DNA of 64,000 nt, taken from Candidatus Woesebacteria bacterium (lineage in GTDB: Bacteria > Patescibacteriota > Microgenomatia > UBA1400 > MFAQ01). The stretch is taken from positions 1,006-65,005 of the forward strand of contig DAOORK010000001.1 in the NCBI GenBank assembly GCA_035389185.1. The letters run 5' to 3'. A program made the translations under genes and the position numbers. Shown here piece after piece: positions 57,878 to 64,000 of the stretch; positions within the stretch are counted from its first letter, which is position 1; every line of letters starts with the position of its first letter. The notes beneath the pieces are model-generated. The model worked only from the letters and a program-made list of their open reading frames with translations, had not been told where the DNA came from and searched no databases.

Positions 57878-59419
57878 GTGAGCTACTATCAGAAATACCG
57901 ACCAAAGAAAATTGCCGAGCTAGACTTGGTGTCTGTGCGCGAGGCTTTACAGTCGGCTTTGATTAGCGGCAAGATTTCTCATGCATATTTGTTTGTGGGC
58001 CCTCGCGGTTCCGGAAAAACCAGTACGGCAAGGATTATGGCTCAAGTGGTAAACTGTGCGGAAAATCAAGGGAAGAAAAACAACTTAAGCGAACCTTGCG
58101 GAAAGTGTCCGTCTTGCGTTTCTCTTACCGGGGGTAGCAGTGTCGACGTGATTGAGATTGATGCCGCTTCAAGTGGACTGGTAGATGATATTCGTGACCT
58201 GAGAGACAAGGTACGTTTGGCACCTGTTCAGTTGGCTAAGAAAGTCTATATTATCGATGAGGTGCACATGGTGTCATCTGCAGGCTTCAACGCACTTCTG
58301 AAGACTTTGGAGGAGCCCCCAGAACACGCTATCTTTATTCTTTGCACAACTGAGGCTCAAAAGGTACCGGAAACAATCATTAGCCGGTGTACTCGTGTAA
58401 GTTTCACTAAAGCCACAACCAAAGAAGTTGTCGGGTCTTTGATGAAGGCAGTAAAAGGAGAAAATATAGACATTGATGAGGAGGCCTTAAACGAGATAGC
58501 CGAAGCGACAGACGGAAGTTTTCGAGAAGGACACAAGCTTTTGGAACAAGTTGCTTCATACGAAAAGACTGTTGATAGTGAGTTGGTTTTGCAAGTGTTA
58601 GGTATTGCCGGCAGACAGTCAATTAAAAAATTAGTGGAGGTTGCAAAGAAGAGAGACGCCGCAAAAGTAATCAAGCTTTTTGGAGATATGGAGAAAGCAG
58701 GAATTAAAGCTCAAGTACTGGCCCAGACACTATTGCTTGAAATAAAAAAGGATTTGGAAGAGAAGATGGGTAGAGGAGAAAGAGCTTCCGATGAACTAAT
58801 CCTTATTGACGAACTGATTGAAGCGGCAGACAAAATAAAGATCTCTCCATTACCACTTTTACCTTTGGAAATTGCCTTATTATCGCTATCGGTAGACGGT
58901 GGTGAGGAAGGGAAACCCATCCCAAAAGTGGAGACGCCTGCCCGGCAAAATGAAGTAGAAGAAATAAAAGAAACGGTTAAGACGGAAAGTTTGATTAACA
59001 GTGAAGAAACTGTAGAAAAGGGTAATGTTGTTGTTCAGAATTATACGGGGCCTTTGGCGAGTATTGACAAGATAAAATTGGAATGGCAGGACTTTTTGAA
59101 TGTGATGTCTGGCAGTTGTGGGTCTCTTGCCGGGATGCTTCGTTTGGTTTCACCGGTAGATGTCACAGGGAAATCAATTACTTTGGCAGTTTCATCAAGA
59201 TTCCAGCAAGATATGTTGGAAAGAGATACCAAAAAGAAAATTATTGAAGAACAAATGGCCAAGATCTGGGGACCGATGACTTTTAGGTGCGTGTTAAATG
59301 ACAAAGGTCCGGTAAGAACAGAAGCAATGGCTGAAGATGTAAATATTGAGCCAATCAATAAGGAGGTGTCGGTTGAGAAGGGAATAATTGATGCGGCGGA
59401 GAAGATATTTGGGGGTTAA
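57878..59419 (+). CDS. dnaX: DNA polymerase III subunit gamma/tau
   Basis: KYRP, GPRGSGKT, EIDAAS, IIDEVHM, NALLKTLEEPP and SRC. Confidence 0.96.
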   Translation: MSYYQKYRPKKIAELDLVSVREALQSALISGKISHAYLFVGPRGSGKTSTARIMAQVVNCAENQGKKNNLSEPCGKCPSCVSLTGGSSVDVIEIDAASSGLVDDIRDLRDKVRLAPVQLAKKVYIIDEVHMVSSAGFNALLKTLEEPPEHAIFILCTTEAQKVPETIISRCTRVSFTKATTKEVVGSLMKAVKGENIDIDEEALNEIAEATDGSFREGHKLLEQVASYEKTVDSELVLQVLGIAGRQSIKKLVEVAKKRDAAKVIKLFGDMEKAGIKAQVLAQTLLLEIKKDLEEKMGRGERASDELILIDELIEAADKIKISPLPLLPLEIALLSLSVDGGEEGKPIPKVETPARQNEVEEIKETVKTESLINSEETVEKGNVVVQNYTGPLASIDKIKLEWQDFLNVMSGSCGSLAGMLRLVSPVDVTGKSITLAVSSRFQQDMLERDTKKKIIEEQMAKIWGPMTFRCVLNDKGPVRTEAMAEDVNIEPINKEVSVEKGIIDAAEKIFGG

Positions 59420-59435
59420 TTATATTTTTTGTTTT

Positions 59436-59593
59436 TTGTGCTTGTCGTCCATATTCTTTATTGGCCACCGATAATTTGTCGCTTCCTGCGAGCGACAATT
59501 ATCTCGATACTCGGCTTGAATTTTCTTCTTCGAAGAAACCAAGCAATTCAAGCCTGCGTAGCGCGGCACAAAGAACACTGGACTCTTGCACAA
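59436..59593 (-). repeat. structured repeat family 1, remote homolog
   Basis: Same nested architecture and junction words (CCGA, TCCTGCG, TACTC, ACCA.GC, CGTA) with different stem sequences. Confidence 0.6.
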
Positions 59594-59648
59594 GAAAAAT
59601 ATTTTGGCTGTATTGCTATAATAGGTTTGTTAAAAGTTAATTCAAAAA

Positions 59649-59948
59649 ATGTTCAACGGAATAAAACAATTTGGTTCACAAGGCGCTGCGGTTGCCAAGT
59701 TGGCCATGCTACAGAAAAAGATTCAGAATCACAAAACTGAGGTGGAAGAAAACGATGTCAAAGCCGTTGTGACGGGAGATGGTAAATTGAAAGAATTAAC
59801 CATTGATGGAGAGAACATGAATAAGGCTGTCAAAGTGATAAATGAGGCTATTACAAAGGCTCAGAAGTACTCAGCCGAAGAGATGAAAGACTCCATGGGA
59901 GATCTATCCAAAGTGCTTGCAAACATGCCCAAAGGCACGGGTTTCTAA
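59649..59948 (+). CDS. ybaB: YbaB/EbfC nucleoid-associated protein
   Basis: V.A.VTGDG.L..L.ID; dnaX-ybaB-recR synteny. Confidence 0.8.
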   Translation: MFNGIKQFGSQGAAVAKLAMLQKKIQNHKTEVEENDVKAVVTGDGKLKELTIDGENMNKAVKVINEAITKAQKYSAEEMKDSMGDLSKVLANMPKGTGF

Positions 59949-59977
59949 TAAAAAACCCTCCTTGCGGAGGGTAATGA

Positions 59978-60409
59978 CTAATATTTGCTGTTCAGGCTAT
60001 CGATTTCAAACATACGCTTGATCTCTTCGGGGTAAACTCTTGTGACCTTGATTGTTACCTTGTTGCCGGCAGTGATGGATTCTTCCCAGCGTTTGGCGAT
60101 GTGTTCGATAATAATTGGGAAAATATAGCCATCGGTGTATAGATAATCACCAACCCAAGCATAGTACTGTTCGTTTCGGAGAATTATCTTAACCAAGGGC
60201 TCGTTGATCAAGACATCTTTTTTGATTAGACCAAAGAGGTATTCTTTGGTTGCTGGAACATTGATTTTGAAGATGTAGATGGTAACCTCGTGGTTTTCTT
60301 TGTCGTAGTGGTGCTTACAAAGATACTCACCTTCTTTTTCGATGTACTTGGTAAGTTCAGCCATGATGCAGTCAATGTTGGTACAGTTGTAGACGACGCG
60401 GATGGGCAT
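59978..60409 (-). CDS. hypothetical protein
   Basis: TATAAT, CGCACTTTAAA and GGAGG; inserted between ybaB and recR. Confidence 0.72.
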   Translation of the reverse strand: MPIRVVYNCTNIDCIMAELTKYIEKEGEYLCKHHYDKENHEVTIYIFKINVPATKEYLFGLIKKDVLINEPLVKIILRNEQYYAWVGDYLYTDGYIFPIIIEHIAKRWEESITAGNKVTIKVTRVYPEEIKRMFEIDSLNSKY

Positions 60410-60483
60410 GATTCCTCCTTTAAAGTGCGTTTGTGGATATTATATACGACACAGGGAGTTTTTCGTGTATATTTGAGTTTGTC

Positions 60484-61092
60484 ATGAGAAGTATCCGTTC
60501 AATCCAAAAAGTAATCGATGCCTTTGAGTCTTTGCCTGGAGTAGGGCCAAAGTCGGCGGCTAGATTGGCTTACTATCTTCTGAATGTTCCTCAAGAGAAA
60601 CTAACAAAGTTTGGAGAAGCACTGGAAAATCTTAAAAAAGAAACCAAGTTATGTCAGCTATGCTTTAACGTGGGAGAAGAAGAGTTTTGTCCGGTTTGCC
60701 AGGATGATAGTCGAAATAGATCTCAGGTGTGTGTGGTGGAAAATGCTTTGGATTTACTGGCTTTTGAAAGAGCAGATGGATTCAAGGGTGTTTATCACGT
60801 ATTGGGAGGTATAATTAACCCATTGGCCAATATCGGCCCAAATGACCTGAGGATTCCTCAGCTTTTGACTAGGGTAAAAACAGAGGAAATAAAAGAGCTC
60901 ATTATAGCCACCAATCCAAACATGGAAGGGGAAGCGACAGCGATGTATATTACTCAGAAAATCAAAGATATGGAAATGGCGAATGAAATAAAGATTACGA
61001 GAATTGGAAGGGGACTGCCGACTGGGGCAGATGTGGAGTATGCCGATGGCCAGACACTTTTGCGGGCTCTAGAGGGTAGAAGCGAGATGTAG
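60484..61092 (+). CDS. recR: recombination mediator RecR
   Basis: LPGVGPKSA.RLA, C4 finger, YHVLGG and EGEATA. Confidence 0.96.
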   Translation: MRSIRSIQKVIDAFESLPGVGPKSAARLAYYLLNVPQEKLTKFGEALENLKKETKLCQLCFNVGEEEFCPVCQDDSRNRSQVCVVENALDLLAFERADGFKGVYHVLGGIINPLANIGPNDLRIPQLLTRVKTEEIKELIIATNPNMEGEATAMYITQKIKDMEMANEIKITRIGRGLPTGADVEYADGQTLLRALEGRSEM

Positions 61093-61156
61093 GTGTTTGA
61101 TTTTTCATTATAGGATTGGTACAATACGGGTCAACTGAACTTTAAAAGGAGTGAAG

Positions 61157-61513
61157 ATGGACTTTGATAAGAAGAAAAAAGTGCTCAGACCGCGTGAAGG
61201 TTATGAATCTGTTTGCATAACTGGATTAGGAAAAAGCAAGGATGAGATTATTTCTGAAATAGCCTCAAACCGAAAATCTTCATACATCGCAGTAACATTT
61301 GATTTAGTTCCAGGGCGATGGTTATTTATCACGCGAGACACAACCTGGGGTGATGTTTATACCTATTTGGACCTAGTTTTTCCGAAACGTGTATATTCGC
61401 TCGAGTTCCCAGAAAAGTTGACGGCATTAATTAAGGAAAAGGCGGCCAAGAGCGGCAAAACCGAGAACGAGATTATTGCAGAAGCTCTTGAGAAGTTTGT
61501 AGTTAAAAACTAG
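61157..61513 (+). CDS. hypothetical protein with C-terminal ribbon-helix-helix-like motif
   Basis: YSLEFPEKL...A.KSGKT.NEII.EAL. Confidence 0.62.
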   Translation: MDFDKKKKVLRPREGYESVCITGLGKSKDEIISEIASNRKSSYIAVTFDLVPGRWLFITRDTTWGDVYTYLDLVFPKRVYSLEFPEKLTALIKEKAAKSGKTENEIIAEALEKFVVKN

Positions 61514-61641
61514 TAAAATTGTTTGTCTATACGCCCCCAATTAAGGGGGCGTTTTTTTGAGCAAAAGGACCTATAGGCTTGACTTTTATGCGTGATTGTG
61601 GTAAGATAACCCATTGAAAATTGAGAAGGAGAATAGTATCG

Positions 61642-61737
61642 GTGAATAGCAATGAGGACTTGGTTGGCGTCCTTAATAGAGTCGGGTTTTCTGAAATCCT
61701 CTCTGCCAACTGCAAAATATTGTCCGGGGAAGCGTAA
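61642..61737 (+). CDS. 31-aa micro-ORF in its own transcription unit
   Basis: TTGACT-17-TAAGAT, AAGGAG, GTG start, terminator overlapping the stop. Confidence 0.35.
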   Translation: MNSNEDLVGVLNRVGFSEILSANCKILSGEA

Positions 61738-61781
61738 GCAACCCCGGTTTTTTTATGGGTAATTTTGTTGTAACCTTAGTT

Positions 61782-62411
61782 ATGGATAACGAGAAAGGAA
61801 TAGGAAACCAAGAGACGGGAGTAGAAGAGGTTGTGGATGTTTCTATGAAAGAGGTTGGTAAAATACTTCTAGCCCAAACACCTGGACTGGTTGTAATTGA
61901 CAATGACTTTTCTTTGAAGACAAAAGAGTATGAACTGGGTTTGGGAGGAAAAGAACCGGGAAGAATACCTGAGGAATCGGCCGAGCTACTGAGAAAACTA
62001 AGACAGTCTGGTTGGCAGGTGTTGGTGGTATCAAATCAGCCAAAAGAAGGTCACCAGGTGGCAAGATTGATCAAAAAAATGAAAGGGGCGGAGTATCCTA
62101 TTTTCCCGGATACGGTTAAAGAAATCATTGGCGATGGAAATGTTCATGGAGGAGGAAAAGATTTTTTGTGGAATAAATATAAAGACTCTCGAAAAGCAGT
62201 CGAAAAAACGGCCGATTGGCTGGTTGATCACGCTCAGTATGTACTTGGTCAGGTTTACTTTGTTGGGGATAGACAGAGTGATGTGGAGTTTGGTAGAAGA
62301 GTCGATAAAGAGCTAAAAGAAAAAGGGTTTCGCAGGCAAGTAAATACATGGAAAGTTAAAGGATTGGAGCTTCCAAAGCCATTGAAACCACTGGAAAAGT
62401 ATATTCCGTAA
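61782..62411 (+). CDS. HAD-superfamily phosphatase-like protein
   Basis: VIDND, VVSNQ and FVGDR.SD motifs. Confidence 0.72.
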   Translation: MDNEKGIGNQETGVEEVVDVSMKEVGKILLAQTPGLVVIDNDFSLKTKEYELGLGGKEPGRIPEESAELLRKLRQSGWQVLVVSNQPKEGHQVARLIKKMKGAEYPIFPDTVKEIIGDGNVHGGGKDFLWNKYKDSRKAVEKTADWLVDHAQYVLGQVYFVGDRQSDVEFGRRVDKELKEKGFRRQVNTWKVKGLELPKPLKPLEKYIP

Positions 62412-62437
62412 CGATTAAGTGTGATTAAATTGAGGTA

Positions 62438-62857
62438 ATGCCCAGTGTATTAGGTCAAGTTGGTCAGAGTGTGGCCGACAATTTATTTGAGATTGGTCAA
62501 AGTGCGGTAAAAGGAACGGTGAAAGCCGCGAAGGATATTGCTGGTGAGTCGATTGAGCAGATTACCTCGGCTCCGGTTCAGGCAACAGCGCCGGTTGTAG
62601 AGAAGCCTGCCAGCATTGCGAGTCAGACGGGAGACGAAAGTAAAAAAAGACAGGAAAGACAAAGGTTAGAAGAGGTAAAAGCAGAGTTGGCCCAGTTTAT
62701 CCAAAGAAAGCAGCAGCTAGATCAGCGAATTGAACAGGAGAAGACAGAAGAAGTGCAGCAGGAAAAAGTGTTGGAACAGAGAAAGAAACAGTCGTGGGTA
62801 AGTAGGGTCATCAATAGGTCACAAACGAATACGGAAAGAGGAAGACTACAGGAATAG
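62438..62857 (+). CDS. hypothetical coiled-coil protein
   Basis: Leaderless; Q/E/K-rich. Confidence 0.68.
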   Translation: MPSVLGQVGQSVADNLFEIGQSAVKGTVKAAKDIAGESIEQITSAPVQATAPVVEKPASIASQTGDESKKRQERQRLEEVKAELAQFIQRKQQLDQRIEQEKTEEVQQEKVLEQRKKQSWVSRVINRSQTNTERGRLQE

Positions 62858-62943
62858 GGAAGGTATCGGCCTATAGGGGTTGAAATAGCGGAAATAGGGC
62901 GATATACTACACCAACTTAGTACATTCAAAGGAGGTATGCGCA

Positions 62944-63396
62944 ATGACTCAGGATATGTTTGATCTTTTTGTTCGTGTTGATATGCGTCTGGACGATCTT
63001 AAAGAGAATATTTCAGGTGATAAAAACGCTTTTGTATCAGGGGTAATTACCGGCCTTTCTTTAGGCTTAGCCAGAATTAGGTCGAGTCTCGTGGCTCCTG
63101 AGGCTTGTTTTGTTGATCTGCTGGCCAATGGAGAAATGAATCTTTCTGACCTGATTCATGAAGCCAACAGCACCATGCCGGTTGGTTATTTCTGTGATGA
63201 AAAAATGTTTTACAAGCTGATCTATCGCCTGAGCCCGTCTGGCAAGTATTACAGCGAGGGTATTCGACTGGGGTTCAATTACGTCTTTGAACTGTCCAGT
63301 GCCCGAGGTGTTACTGGCCTTACGGATTCAAAGCTGGACTCCGTTAAGGGTCTTGTCGGGAAATTGATGGCTGAGTTAATGAAGAGACAGTTTTGA
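62944..63396 (+). CDS. hypothetical protein
   Basis: TTGAAA-17-TATACT, GTACATTCAAA, GGAGG, terminator. Confidence 0.72.
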   Translation: MTQDMFDLFVRVDMRLDDLKENISGDKNAFVSGVITGLSLGLARIRSSLVAPEACFVDLLANGEMNLSDLIHEANSTMPVGYFCDEKMFYKLIYRLSPSGKYYSEGIRLGFNYVFELSSARGVTGLTDSKLDSVKGLVGKLMAELMKRQF

Positions 63397-63443
63397 TTTG
63401 TAGCACCCCTTCGGGGGTGCTTTTTTGTTACAATCAAAGCTAT

Positions 63444-64000
63444 ATGTTACATCTTTACAACAGCTTGTCAAAAAAGATTGAGGAAGTGACTCCGATTCAT
63501 AAAGGTGAGGTTGGGATGTATGCTTGTGGACCAACAGTGTATGGATTTACCCACATTGGACATGGTCGTAAGTATGTAACCGATGATGTTTTAAGAAGAA
63601 CTTTAGAGATTATTGAAGAGTTGAAGGTTACCCATGTACAGAATGTGACTGACGTTGGACACTTAGTTTCCGACGCTGATGAAGGAGAGGACAAGATAGA
63701 GAAGGGCGCAGAAGCCACTGGAAAAACAGTTTGGGAAGTAGCAGAGGAGTACACCGAGTATTTCAACAAGGTGATGAAAGAGCTGAATATCCTGCCTCCA
63801 ACTGTAGTCTGTAAAGCAACTGACCATATTGAAGATCAAATTGCTTTGATAGAGAAAATTATGGCCAATGGATATGCATATGATACGGAAGAAGCCGTGT
63901 ATTTTGACGTAACAAAATTTGAAGATTACGGCCGGATGTTTAATCAGTCGTTTGAGGATAAAACGGTGGGGTCCCGTGAGGAGGTGGAAACGGATAACCT
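63444..64000 (+). CDS. cysS: cysteine--tRNA ligase, 5' part
   Basis: MLHLYNSLS...MYACGPTVY...HIGH...NVTDVGH. Confidence 0.95.
   Translation, partial: MLHLYNSLSKKIEEVTPIHKGEVGMYACGPTVYGFTHIGHGRKYVTDDVLRRTLEIIEELKVTHVQNVTDVGHLVSDADEGEDKIEKGAEATGKTVWEVAEEYTEYFNKVMKELNILPPTVVCKATDHIEDQIALIEKIMANGYAYDTEEAVYFDVTKFEDYGRMFNQSFEDKTVGSREEVETDN

Noticed and set aside
59400-59610. Duplicated dnaX C-terminus (EKIFGG versus EKYFGC) after the repeat
   Set aside because: Explained by the outer stem of the hairpin; match too weak
1-64000. Prophage or alternative genetic code
   Set aside because: No structural, terminase or integrase genes; TGA terminates conserved genes such as topA, tmk and folD

Overview
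Bacterial chromosomal window read in standard code 11. Gene content (short EF-Ts, no pyrH between tsf and frr, Elp3, many orphan membrane proteins, CCA-less tRNAs) suggests a CPR/Patescibacteria, Microgenomates-like genome; this assignment is an inference. Housekeeping genes include tsaC, rpmG, rpmB, fmt/def, mreBCD-mrdA, topA, thyX-tmk-glyA-folD, rpsB-tsf-frr, rseP, hit-rpsU-yqeY-ybeY, dnaX-ybaB-recR and cysS, plus four tRNAs. Most housekeeping genes look leaderless, with a -10 box 5-9 nt before the start codon. About 30 accessory, mostly orphan units are interleaved and share one architecture: sigma70 promoter (often with a CCYATA motif), boxA-like motif, strong Shine-Dalgarno (SD), ORF, intrinsic terminator. 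These units split conserved gene pairs. Other notable signals: a ~415-nt structured ncRNA candidate with an rRNA-like leader; stacked synonymous copies of the rpmG 3' end; two covarying structured repeat families; duplicated tRNA 3' ends; a 558-bp-period paralog array; several microproteins; an IS200/IS605-type non-autonomous element; and a multi-sensor two-component locus. All calls come from reading the sequence and none were checked against databases.
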